Virus record (IMG/VR): IMGVR_UViG_3300033069_001940
Coordinates: 61,609 to 125,608 of that record
Source of the DNA: a virus
Taxonomy: Duplodnaviria; Caudoviricetes
Direction: 5' to 3' (one strand)
DNA length: 64,000 nucleotides
The notes below the pieces were generated by a model that worked only from the letters and a program-made list of their open reading frames with translations, had not been told where the DNA came from and made no database searches. Made by a program: the position numbers and the translations under genes. Positions within the stretch are counted from its first letter, which is position 1. Every line of letters begins with the position of its first letter. Of this stretch, positions 37,541 to 46,532 are shown one piece after another.

Positions 37541-38328
37541 AAAAAATTAAAGAATTACGCGCTAGAACTTTTTTAAGTATGAATGACTGCAAAATTGCTT
37601 TGGAGAAATCCGATTATGATGTAGAAAAAGCGATTGAATATTTACAAAAGAATGCTGGACTTAAAAAAGCAGATTCGTTATCTTTAGCTTTAGAAGGGAG
37701 AGTTTTAGCTAAGTCAAGCGGCAGCCTTGGGGCAATAGTAGAAGTTAATTGCCAGACTGATTTTGCCGCTAAGTCAGACTTATTTATAGAATTTGTAGAT
37801 AAGGTTGCTCAATCTTTAATGTCAGTCAAAAATGTTGACGTTTTATCTAGTAAAGACTATGAATTTATTGCGGCTCAATTGGGAGAGAAAGTTGTTTTTA
37901 GAAGGTCTAATGTGATTTACAATCAAAATCAGAATGCTAGATTAACCGCCTATAATCATTTAGGTGGTAAAATCGCTGTTCTTTTAGAAAGTTTAGTTTT
38001 GCTTGACTATAATCATTTGGCTTTAGAGAATGTTGCTATGCAAATCGCTGCAACCAAGCCTTTGGCTTTGGATAAAAAGTCTCTACCAAAAGAACTCGTG
38101 GAAAAACAAAAAGAAAAATTTCTTTCAGAGGTAGAAAATAAACCAGAATCAGTTAAAGATAAGATAGTCGCTGGTAAGATGGAGAAATGGTATTCTGAGG
38201 TTTGCCTCTTGAATCAAGACTGCATTTTCATTGAAGGGAATAAGAAAATGACAGTTGAAAATTATCTCAAAGAAAACAAGATTGAAAAAATTCAATCATT
38301 TTCAAGATATGAAAAAGGCGAATTATGA
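37534..38328 (+). CDS. tsf: Translation elongation factor Ts
   Basis: IKELRART...M.DCK.AL, EVNCQTDFAA, LGEK, AMQIAA..P, KP....KIV.GK..K...EVCLL.Q, RYEKGE. Confidence 0.95.
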   Translation: MLEKIKELRARTFLSMNDCKIALEKSDYDVEKAIEYLQKNAGLKKADSLSLALEGRVLAKSSGSLGAIVEVNCQTDFAAKSDLFIEFVDKVAQSLMSVKNVDVLSSKDYEFIAAQLGEKVVFRRSNVIYNQNQNARLTAYNHLGGKIAVLLESLVLLDYNHLALENVAMQIAATKPLALDKKSLPKELVEKQKEKFLSEVENKPESVKDKIVAGKMEKWYSEVCLLNQDCIFIEGNKKMTVENYLKENKIEKIQSFSRYEKGEL

Positions 38329-38841
38329 AATTGGAATTTCCAGATCAATGTTTGGAGAATAAACAGTCTCCTTTATTTGAAAGATTTCAGATAATATCTT
38401 ATCTGGTTGCAAAACCTAATGGAAATTGTTTAATTGATTTAGACATTTTCTTTGAAAAAGAAAAGATTAAAACTATAACAATTTATTCTGGGCCTCAAAA
38501 ATATGCTAAGGATCTTTTAAACGGCAATCTCTCTTGGAGAGATGTACAGGATCTTTTATAAAGGAATTAGTATGAACGTAAATTATGAGATTATGGAATG
38601 GTCAAGAAATTTAATCAATCGTTTAATGACGAAAGATAATGACCTAAACATACTTTATAAATTACAATTTGACGTAAAGCCTAATCCACTGGATTATGAT
38701 GGCATAGATGAGATTTCTTTGAAAATTCTTAGAGTTAATCAACATAATAAAGAAGTTTCTACATTATGGAGTTGTTCGCAAATTACGCCAGAAATCTTAA
38801 TAATAAAAACAGATGAATTTGCAGATGAATACACTAAATAA
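38325..38841 (+). other. Two small hypothetical genes (38325-38561, 38572-38841)
   Basis: ORF track. Confidence 0.55.
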
Positions 38842-39331
38842 GTTTTTGATAACTAAAATGATGAAAATTAAAAAGAAAAATCTTCCTTTTAAGATAAAAT
38901 CTATTTTAGTAGACAAAGGTTCTTGTTTTGTAGCAGAAATTAATTCTAAAAAAGTTGTAAAAGTAGCTTATAAAACTTCCAATATTAGGTGGCTATTTAA
39001 TATCTTAAAATATATTAAAACGAATCCAAATAACAGTACGGTTAAGATTTTTGATTATGGCTTAATTGGTAAAGATAAATATTATTATGTTATGGAGAGG
39101 TTGTATCCATTAAATAAACAACATATAAATCGTTTAATCAAAAATGGTTATGTTAGCTTTGTATGCAATAAACCTTTACATGATGCAAAATCTTATCCAA
39201 ATGAATCCGCTTTTATAAATGATATTTATCAACATAAATATTATCAATCAGACCCTAATTATGGAAATATTATGTTAACCAAAAATGGTAACTATAAATT
39301 TATAGACTTAGAAACATTTATAAAATTTTAA
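38825..39331 (+). CDS. Minimal protein kinase-like protein (start uncertain)
   Basis: VVKV, VKIFDYG, YYVMERL, DPNYGNIM, KFIDLE. Confidence 0.7.
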   Translation: MNTLNKFLITKMMKIKKKNLPFKIKSILVDKGSCFVAEINSKKVVKVAYKTSNIRWLFNILKYIKTNPNNSTVKIFDYGLIGKDKYYYVMERLYPLNKQHINRLIKNGYVSFVCNKPLHDAKSYPNESAFINDIYQHKYYQSDPNYGNIMLTKNGNYKFIDLETFIKF

Positions 39332-41559
39332 TTCCTAAATTGTTGAATAAAATTAATAGCTTCTTCTTTTGTCATAGCGGGATTTTCCAATAAAGCCTCT
39401 TTTAAGGCTTTGGTAACTTTGCCAACTTCGGGCCCCGGCTTTAGTCCTAGTATTGACATAATTTCTTTACCAGTAATTGGTGGAGCAATATCTTTTTTAC
39501 CACCAGTCATTTTAAGATATTCATCAATCATTTTTCCAAAACGATCGTACTTGGGATCTAGTTCAGATTTGGCTTTACCCATAGAATCGCCTTTAGACAT
39601 ATCAACTGACAAAAAGCTATCTTGTGGCCCTAAGTCTGTTACAAAGCTTCTAATGCTTTTATCTGAAACGTCTGAAGGCAATCCATGAAGTCTCATATGA
39701 TTCTTAATTAAAGAAACTACCCTATCTTTAATATCATTAGGGGCTTTTAAATCAGTAAGTATTTCTTCAGCCATCAACGCTGAAGAAACTTCATGTCCTC
39801 GGTAAGTATAATGTTCTGGGTTATCTTTTTGTTGTGAGCAAACATCACATTTGCCGCTGTCGTGGAGAAGCATTGCTAGATTTCTAACAATTTCATCTTT
39901 AACATCCATTTTCTTAGCAAAAGATAATCCAGATTCATCCATATGCTTAAGATATTCTAAAGCCTTCATAGTATGGTTCCAAACTGTTTCAGTATGGTGT
40001 GGATTGTTTTGTTCCATATCCCAATCAGGAGTAGGCTGATTAATATTCCATTTCTCCCCGCTAGCCCTATTTTTTCTGACTTCTTCTTGATGTCTTTCAT
40101 AGGCTCTTTGAATTTGTTCTAGATTTGGTTTTAAAATTAAATCTCTAATACCTAAATCTTTTAATAATCTAGCAGCGCGATCGAAGTTAGGGCCAATTAG
40201 TAAGCCGCGCTTCCAATTATCTTTTTCTTTTTGTCCAATTAATTCAGATAAAATTCTTTCTTTGGTAATCTTTTTGCTAAAACTTTCTTGTACCCTAGGA
40301 TCATTAGCAGCAGCGATTAAACCTGGGTCTAATTGTAGATCGTATTTAGCCGCAAATCGAACGGCTCTTAGAATTCTAAGAGGGTCTTCTAAATAAGTTT
40401 GCACCGGATCGATTGGTGTTCTAGCTACTTTATTTTCTAAATCGTCTATTCCTCCAACAAAATCTTCAACTTTATCTTCGTTGATATTATAAAATAAACT
40501 GTTGATAGTTAAATCACGACGTTTAGCATCTTCTTCGGCAGGAACACCAAATTCTACTTCTGGGTTTCTAGAATCATCATTATAAACATCTTTTCTTAAT
40601 TGAACAAAATCAACTGAAATTCCTAGAATTGGAATTTGTGCTGATTCTATATTTTTATTAGCCTCTGTATTAGCTTCGACAGTAGTAACTTCTTCGGCTG
40701 CTGGCATGCCTTGTTCTTTCATCCATTCTAAAACTAATTTAGCAAAAGCAACTCCTGTCATATTATCAATAGCAATATCAATATCATGGGATGCTTTGCC
40801 CAAAAGTTTATCGCGCACCCAGCCGCCAGCCGCTCTTAAAACGGTGCTTGGAGTTTTTTCACGAACTACGGCCATGAGAAGTTCGAATATTTCTTTTTCC
40901 CTTTCTGTTAAAGAGATTTGAGAAGATAACTTAGCTTCTTTGGTTATTTTGTAAGAAGATAATTTTTTCCAAAATTCACGAGAGGCACTGGCAATTTTTG
41001 ATTCTAAGGTTAACATTCCTATTCCTAATAAATTTGCATCTTTAATTGAATGACTATTTCTAACTACTGCATTTGACTTAGGGCCAGAGTTTCCTTCAAT
41101 TGAAGTAAAATTATTTCCATTTGAGGATTCAATGACGCCTATATGACCTAATCCAGAACCTTGTGGTCCGCGTGACCAAACAGCTATATTGCCTGGGATT
41201 AAATGTTTAGGCTCTATTTTATTTTTGGGGATCCAGAGATTAGCTTGAGCGAATTGATTACCAACTTCGCGGGCTCCAACTGCTCCTTTAATCGGGCTGC
41301 TTCCGGCTTCTAACATCCAACTAGAGACAGCGGCAGCGCACCAATCTTGTTTGGCGCCCATCCCAAAATGTTTAAAATATTCTCTTATTCTTTGACCGTC
41401 ATTTTTGCCGAGGTCTTCGGAAACACCAATGTCTGCTTGGGCATTGTGTAAGACAGCTAATCCATAGGAGCTTGGGTTGATTCTGTTTTCCGGATCAAAA
41501 TCTTCAAGATCGGGCAAATATTCTTCCATTGATGGTATATCTTTTTCAGGCATTATCAT
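39328..41559 (-). CDS. cca: Fusion: CHAP-domain amidase + class II tRNA nucleotidyltransferase (CCA-adding/poly(A) polymerase family) with HD domain
   Basis: CHAP: WCAAAVS, GHIGVI, IEGNS; CCA: GGWVRDKLLG, DIDIA, RRDLTINSLFYN, EDPLRILRAVRF, QNNPHH...VWNH, LLHDSGK, GHE. Confidence 0.9.
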   Translation of the reverse strand: MIMPEKDIPSMEEYLPDLEDFDPENRINPSSYGLAVLHNAQADIGVSEDLGKNDGQRIREYFKHFGMGAKQDWCAAAVSSWMLEAGSSPIKGAVGAREVGNQFAQANLWIPKNKIEPKHLIPGNIAVWSRGPQGSGLGHIGVIESSNGNNFTSIEGNSGPKSNAVVRNSHSIKDANLLGIGMLTLESKIASASREFWKKLSSYKITKEAKLSSQISLTEREKEIFELLMAVVREKTPSTVLRAAGGWVRDKLLGKASHDIDIAIDNMTGVAFAKLVLEWMKEQGMPAAEEVTTVEANTEANKNIESAQIPILGISVDFVQLRKDVYNDDSRNPEVEFGVPAEEDAKRRDLTINSLFYNINEDKVEDFVGGIDDLENKVARTPIDPVQTYLEDPLRILRAVRFAAKYDLQLDPGLIAAANDPRVQESFSKKITKERILSELIGQKEKDNWKRGLLIGPNFDRAARLLKDLGIRDLILKPNLEQIQRAYERHQEEVRKNRASGEKWNINQPTPDWDMEQNNPHHTETVWNHTMKALEYLKHMDESGLSFAKKMDVKDEIVRNLAMLLHDSGKCDVCSQQKDNPEHYTYRGHEVSSALMAEEILTDLKAPNDIKDRVVSLIKNHMRLHGLPSDVSDKSIRSFVTDLGPQDSFLSVDMSKGDSMGKAKSELDPKYDRFGKMIDEYLKMTGGKKDIAPPITGKEIMSILGLKPGPEVGKVTKALKEALLENPAMTKEEAINFIQQFRN

Positions 41560-41607
41560 TCCTTAATACATTTTAATGTTGATATATCGCTAGATTAATA
41601 AGACAAT

Positions 41608-41955
41608 ATGGCAAATAATAATCAAGAACCAAATAATCAAAATCCCAAAGAAAATTCATCTGAGAAAAATGAAGTAACGCCTCAAAATAACGCCGAAGTG
41701 CCTAAAAAGCAAGAGAAATTCGTCACTCCGGTTAAAAGATATTATACAGTCAAAGTGGAGACCTTAACTCCTGTGATATTTTCCTACAGGATTTTAGCCG
41801 AGTCTCCAGAGGAGGCAATTAAAATCTCTGCGGACACTTGGAAACAACCGTCACAAGTATCTCCTCCACAGATTCTTTCTGGTAAGATGAAAAGACTAAA
41901 AGCAACAGTTTATGAATATGGTACCAATTTAATTAAATTGGTTAAAGCTTTATAG
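41608..41955 (+). CDS. Hypothetical protein
   Basis: 115-aa ORF. Confidence 0.7.
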   Translation: MANNNQEPNNQNPKENSSEKNEVTPQNNAEVPKKQEKFVTPVKRYYTVKVETLTPVIFSYRILAESPEEAIKISADTWKQPSQVSPPQILSGKMKRLKATVYEYGTNLIKLVKAL

Positions 41956-41966
41956 GTATAAAATAA

Positions 41967-42428
41967 ATGCAAGATTACTTATTAACAGATTTGGATATTA
42001 AAAATTTTAGCGATTTTCTCTATAGATTAAAAAAATGCATTGAATACATTTTAGAAAAAACAATAGTTATTTGCGAACTAGGTTATAGACCTAATCTCGA
42101 TGTCAAGCTTGATGGTTCTTTCACAGAAACGTTTGACTATCAAATAGTAAGATTTCGCGCCCATTCATTAGGAATTTCTAGACTAGAGATTATTCACAAT
42201 GGAAAAACTATCGATCTGTCAAGAAATATTCCATTGCCTTTTATCACAGATCCTAATTTTGAGGAAAAAATAAAAATTGGACGCAAATTATATTTAGATT
42301 CAATTATGGAAGCTCAAAACCTTCAACTGAAAAAATCAGAGCTATTAAAAAATGCAAAGAATAAACTTACCGTAGAAGAATTTAATGAATTGCGTAAAGA
42401 TATAATTGAAGATTACAGAAAAGATTGA
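41967..42428 (+). CDS. Hypothetical protein
   Basis: 153-aa ORF. Confidence 0.7.
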   Translation: MQDYLLTDLDIKNFSDFLYRLKKCIEYILEKTIVICELGYRPNLDVKLDGSFTETFDYQIVRFRAHSLGISRLEIIHNGKTIDLSRNIPLPFITDPNFEEKIKIGRKLYLDSIMEAQNLQLKKSELLKNAKNKLTVEEFNELRKDIIEDYRKD

Positions 42429-42441
42429 AAGGTATAAAAAA

Positions 42442-42498
42442 ATGGCGGGATTAAAGTATTTTATTATTGATACAGCTAGCATTTTTCCAGTTTGTTAG
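42442..42498 (+). pseudogene. Stranded 5' end of the exonuclease gene
   Basis: MAGLKYFIIDT.. vs MSGLKYFILDVET at 43580; both preceded by ATTGAAAGG. Confidence 0.85.
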
Positions 42499-43527
42499 TA
42501 TTAAATTTAGTTCATTAATTGTTGCATTATTTTTACAGCAATTAGCTATTGAAGATATTATTTGAACATTACCTTTTACATAGCCTAAATTATTATCAAT
42601 TCTGTCTAGTGTGGCTGAATATTTGCTATTTGCCTTTGTGCCAAATACAAATTTTTCACCAGTTAAAGGACAGCGGTTATCTAAAGGCCAGATTGATTTT
42701 AAATAATTCTCATCAATATTAAACTCCAAATTTTTCTTTGTAGCTCTTTTTTTAGCTCTATTTATTAAACCATTTTCCAAATGCAGCATAATATATTTCA
42801 TAGCCCTCGTTGGCGCGCTTTTCTCAACAAAAGCCATTCTGTCCGCAATAATATTTGACATAGTGACATCATCTATATTATGCGTCTCTATTTTGTATGT
42901 TTTAAGATTGTTTACTATTTTTTCAAAAAGTTTTAAATCAGAATTTGATTTTATTAAATTGGCCCTATAAGATATTATTTGAATATTTTCTTTTGTATAT
43001 CCTTTAGATGAATCTATTCTATCTATGGATGGAGAGTTATCATGCGCTTTATTATTACTTCCTTTTTGGAATTGGACATTTCGCAAAATACAGCGCTCTG
43101 TATTTTGTAATAGTAATTTAATATCTTCTTCTGTTATTGTAAATTCGAGACCAGATTTTCTAGCCCTTTGTCTGGCCGATGAGAATAAGAAATATTCCGG
43201 CCTATTGATTGTCCGATTTTTATCATATTGTAATAAACGCTCATGATTTTTATCAGTGTATTCTTTTCTCCAATTTTTATAAGCTTCATAATTTTCTTTT
43301 CTAGATTTGGCTTTAGATAACCGCTGACGCTCCCTGATTTTATCTAGGTTTTTATTACGATATCTTTGTTTACTAGCCTGTAATTTTTCTGGGCTGTTTT
43401 GTTTGAAGTTATTAGCATAAATCTGATACTTTTGCCGACACACTTGACATCTTTTATATGTTCTGTTGGTGCCTAGAAATTCTTCTAAATCAAATTCTTT
43501 TTTACAAATAGTACAATTTTGTTTCAT
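42451..43527 (-). CDS. HNH-type (His-Me finger) endonuclease with N-terminal Zn ribbon and two nuclease domains
   Basis: CxxC..CxxC; SIDRIDSSKGYTKENIQIISYRANLIK and TLDRIDNNLGYVKGNVQIISSIANCCK. Confidence 0.85.
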   Translation of the reverse strand: MKQNCTICKKEFDLEEFLGTNRTYKRCQVCRQKYQIYANNFKQNSPEKLQASKQRYRNKNLDKIRERQRLSKAKSRKENYEAYKNWRKEYTDKNHERLLQYDKNRTINRPEYFLFSSARQRARKSGLEFTITEEDIKLLLQNTERCILRNVQFQKGSNNKAHDNSPSIDRIDSSKGYTKENIQIISYRANLIKSNSDLKLFEKIVNNLKTYKIETHNIDDVTMSNIIADRMAFVEKSAPTRAMKYIMLHLENGLINRAKKRATKKNLEFNIDENYLKSIWPLDNRCPLTGEKFVFGTKANSKYSATLDRIDNNLGYVKGNVQIISSIANCCKNNATINELNLILTNWKNASCINNKIL

Positions 43528-43579
43528 ATGTCACTCTCCGTATCTCATATATAAAATTATTGAAAGGTTTTAAGTAAAA

Positions 43580-44158
43580 ATGTCAGGATTAAAATATTTT
43601 ATTTTGGATGTAGAAACTAATGGTTTATCTGCTCAAATACACGAGGTTAGTCAATTATCTATAATTAGGTGTTCGGATTTGGTTCAACTTAGCCGATATG
43701 TTAAAATTGAACATCCAGAGAAAACCTCCCGTGAAGCGCTAATAAAGACCGGAAGAACTTACAAAGATTTACTTAAAGGCGACGCAAAATTAGAAGTTAT
43801 AGATAGAGTAGAAAAATTCTTAGCGGAGGATGGGTCGCATCCAGACGAGCGTTGTGGAATCGGGCATAATGTAAGTTTTGATCGCCGCTTTCTTAAAGCC
43901 ATGTGGGAATCCGTTGGTAAAAAGTTTCCAGTCAATAATTGGCTTGACACTAGACCGATGGCGAAAAAATATGCCATGAAACTAGGTCTAGAAAAACCCT
44001 CCATGACATTAGAGAACATTTTAAAATTTGCAGAAATTAAAGGATTTGCTAATTTTCATAATGCCATTGACGATACAAGAAATCTTTATCTGTTTTGGAA
44101 AAAGTCAGTAGATCTAGGAATAGATTATCTAGATTGTATTAAACGCGATGAAGACTAA
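43580..44158 (+). CDS. DEDDh 3'-5' exonuclease (DnaQ-like), second copy
   Basis: LDVETNG, GHNVSFD, LDT, FHNAIDD. Confidence 0.9.
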   Translation: MSGLKYFILDVETNGLSAQIHEVSQLSIIRCSDLVQLSRYVKIEHPEKTSREALIKTGRTYKDLLKGDAKLEVIDRVEKFLAEDGSHPDERCGIGHNVSFDRRFLKAMWESVGKKFPVNNWLDTRPMAKKYAMKLGLEKPSMTLENILKFAEIKGFANFHNAIDDTRNLYLFWKKSVDLGIDYLDCIKRDED

Positions 44159-44666
44159 GCAAGAATTAATCAATTTAATTGAACGCGGTTCGTTGGAAAA
44201 CAAAAATCATAATATTCTTAATGAAGAAGCAGAGCAGGTCATATCTAAAATTATAGATATATCAAAAAATAATCCAAAATTATTATTTGAATCCTTATTA
44301 GAAGCCAAACTAAATACTCATTTAGTTACATATATTACACCTATTTTATTAGCTTTATTAATTAGTTACTCAGACCCGCTTAAATGGAAGAATGAAGAGC
44401 AATTTTTAGATTTGTTATCTAGATTTGATGCTTCTTTAATGTTAGAATTTTCGCTTTACTTTAAAAATCGTTGGTTTGGTGCTGGTTTAGGTTCTTCGCT
44501 TCAAAAAGCTATTAAAAAAGCTGTTGAGAATTGGAGTGATTCTATATTGGAAATGCATTTGGTTAATCAAAGAAAAGAATCTTATTCTTTGTTTAAAATA
44601 GTTCATCCTAAATTTAAAGGTAATAAGGCTAAATTAGTCAAAGAAAAATTATTCAACTTTGACTAG
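44148..44666 (+). CDS. Short TROVE/Ro60-like protein
   Basis: FGAGLGSSLQKAI...W...LFKIVHPK resembles TROVE G.GR..RKA...W...LLRL.HPK. Confidence 0.45.
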   Translation: MKTKQELINLIERGSLENKNHNILNEEAEQVISKIIDISKNNPKLLFESLLEAKLNTHLVTYITPILLALLISYSDPLKWKNEEQFLDLLSRFDASLMLEFSLYFKNRWFGAGLGSSLQKAIKKAVENWSDSILEMHLVNQRKESYSLFKIVHPKFKGNKAKLVKEKLFNFD

Positions 44667-44719
44667 CAATAATCAGCCATACAATTAAGAAAGAAACTGC
44701 TATTTTGAAAAGGACACTT

Positions 44720-44959
44720 ATGAGCACTCAAGCTGCCGTGCAATTATATAATGAAGCAGATTCTAATAATTATGATAATGAAACTAAACATCCTAGAATA
44801 GTTAATCTAGTAAAAATACAAAATAAATTAAATTCTTTTAAAGACTTAATGAAAAATTTAAAAAAAGAAATAAACGGATGTTTAGCTTCCAGTCAAGAAG
44901 CTGTTAAGACTGTTGGAGAGATCAATGACCACCTTAAAGGAGAAAAACGAAAGCCTTGA
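44720..44959 (+). CDS. Hypothetical coiled-coil protein
   Basis: Start after AAGGA SD. Confidence 0.6.
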   Translation: MSTQAAVQLYNEADSNNYDNETKHPRIVNLVKIQNKLNSFKDLMKNLKKEINGCLASSQEAVKTVGEINDHLKGEKRKP

Positions 44960-45371
44960 AAAATACATAAATGAAGAGTTGGCCGAAGAAGCCGAGACTA
45001 TTCAAGAGATCTCTGAACAAATCCAGCAATTATTAGAAGAAACAAAAGAAAGTCAAGTTGAGTTTGCGGTTTTAAATGCAAATTTAAAACATTTTGTTGA
45101 AGACTTAAAAGAACTCTCAACCATTATAAAAGGTGATGCGAATAATATTTCTCTCTTGACAAAGATAGCTCTCATCACTAAGTCTATAGCAGACATAGAA
45201 GAGTGGATGAAGCAAGAGAAAGAAAAACAAAAATCTGACAAAAAAGATAGTTCAGCCGTAGCAGTGGCTGAAAAAACTGGTCGCTGGCAATTAATGACGG
45301 CAACAGTTACAGGAACTCTTGGGTTAATTGCTTCTATTGTAACAATAATTGTTAATTTTTATAAACACTAA
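44925..45371 (+). CDS. Coiled-coil protein with C-terminal TM helix
   Basis: GGAG SD; heptads then hydrophobic tail. Confidence 0.65.
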   Translation: MTTLKEKNESLEKYINEELAEEAETIQEISEQIQQLLEETKESQVEFAVLNANLKHFVEDLKELSTIIKGDANNISLLTKIALITKSIADIEEWMKQEKEKQKSDKKDSSAVAVAEKTGRWQLMTATVTGTLGLIASIVTIIVNFYKH

Positions 45372-45376
45372 ACTTA

Positions 45377-45468
45377 GGGTAACGCGAAGTATCATTGTTG
45401 TATTTTTTGTGATATATTAAAATTCGTTACCTCATGAAGGCTGGCTAGTGAAATACTTCCAGCCTTCA
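45377..45468 (+). ncRNA. Candidate structured intergenic/leader RNA
   Basis: GGGTAACG/CGTTACCT stem; TGAAGGCTGG/CCAGCCTTCA 10-bp stem with GTGAAATAC loop; no U-tract. Confidence 0.4.
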
Positions 45469-45487
45469 GTTAATTTACGGAGAAAAT

Positions 45488-45670
45488 ATGTATTACGAAT
45501 ATAAATGTGAATCTTGTCAAAAAGAATGGGAAGAAGAGCAAAAAATTACAGATTCGGCACTAACTAAATGTCCGTTTTGTCAACAAGAGACAGCTAAAAG
45601 ATTAATTTCTGGCGGAAATTTTATTTTAAAGGGCGGCGGTGTTGGCTGGGGTAGTAACGGATATTCATGA
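45488..45670 (+). CDS. FmdB-family zinc-ribbon protein
   Basis: YEYKCESC...CPFC...RLIS...FILKGGG.GW...GY. Confidence 0.88.
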   Translation: MYYEYKCESCQKEWEEEQKITDSALTKCPFCQQETAKRLISGGNFILKGGGVGWGSNGYS

Positions 45671-45671
45671 A

Positions 45672-46532
45672 ATGATCTTAAATCATAAAGAAGCTATTGA
45701 TTTTATTAGCGATTGGATAAAAAAATATGCCAAGGAGCATAATAAAAATAATTTGATTGTCGGGCTGTCGGGCGGCGTTAATTCCGCCTTAACAGCCCTA
45801 CTTTGTCAAAGAAGTGGTATTTATACTAAATGTTATATAATTGATTGCTATTCTAGCGATTACGCGATTACATTGGCTCAAAGATTTGCGAAAGATTTTA
45901 ATTTAATCCAGTCAACCATCAATGCCTGTAAATCAATGATGGAAATAGATGGTAATCCTCAATATTTGAGATTTGCTCTACTTAATAGTATTGCTAATTC
46001 TTGCAATGGATTAAATGTTGGGACTATTGACCGTTCAGAATATCGATTAACACGAGATTTTGTCAAGCATGGAGATGGGGCGGTAGATATTGCACCATTA
46101 GCCGATCTTTACAAATCAGAAATTTATGAATTATTTGAATATCTTGTTTGCAATGGTGGAAAATTTAACCAAATTATTTCAGCAGAAGAATCATTTACAG
46201 AGATAAAAGAATCAGCAGAAGATATTTATTTAGCTAAACCAAATAAAGACTTGGATGGTAGATATGAGTTGGATGGTAGATATGAGGAAGTTCCTACGGA
46301 GCAGATATTAGGATTTACTTATGATGAGCTAGAGTGGGCAGATCGCGAAGACTCTCAAAGTTTTATCATTAGCAATGATCCGAGCCCAGTGACTCATTAT
46401 AATTGGATACGATACACGGGTAGGCAAAAAGAAGTAATAGCTCAATTGTTTCAAATCGAGAAACAAACAAGAAATAAAATTAATCCAAATTTGCCTTTCC
46501 CTTCTTTAAGAAAAGAAAGATTTATAAGATAA
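45672..46532 (+). CDS. nadE: NAD+ synthetase (NadE)-like, divergent
   Basis: GLSGGVNSA (D>N), GT.DRSE, KHGDGAVDIAPLADLYKSEIYEL, E..LGFTYDELE. Confidence 0.8.
   Translation: MILNHKEAIDFISDWIKKYAKEHNKNNLIVGLSGGVNSALTALLCQRSGIYTKCYIIDCYSSDYAITLAQRFAKDFNLIQSTINACKSMMEIDGNPQYLRFALLNSIANSCNGLNVGTIDRSEYRLTRDFVKHGDGAVDIAPLADLYKSEIYELFEYLVCNGGKFNQIISAEESFTEIKESAEDIYLAKPNKDLDGRYELDGRYEEVPTEQILGFTYDELEWADREDSQSFIISNDPSPVTHYNWIRYTGRQKEVIAQLFQIEKQTRNKINPNLPFPSLRKERFIR
46251..46286. repeat. 18-bp in-frame tandem duplication in nadE
   Basis: TTGGATGGTAGATATGAG x2 (LDGRYE x2). Confidence 0.9.
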
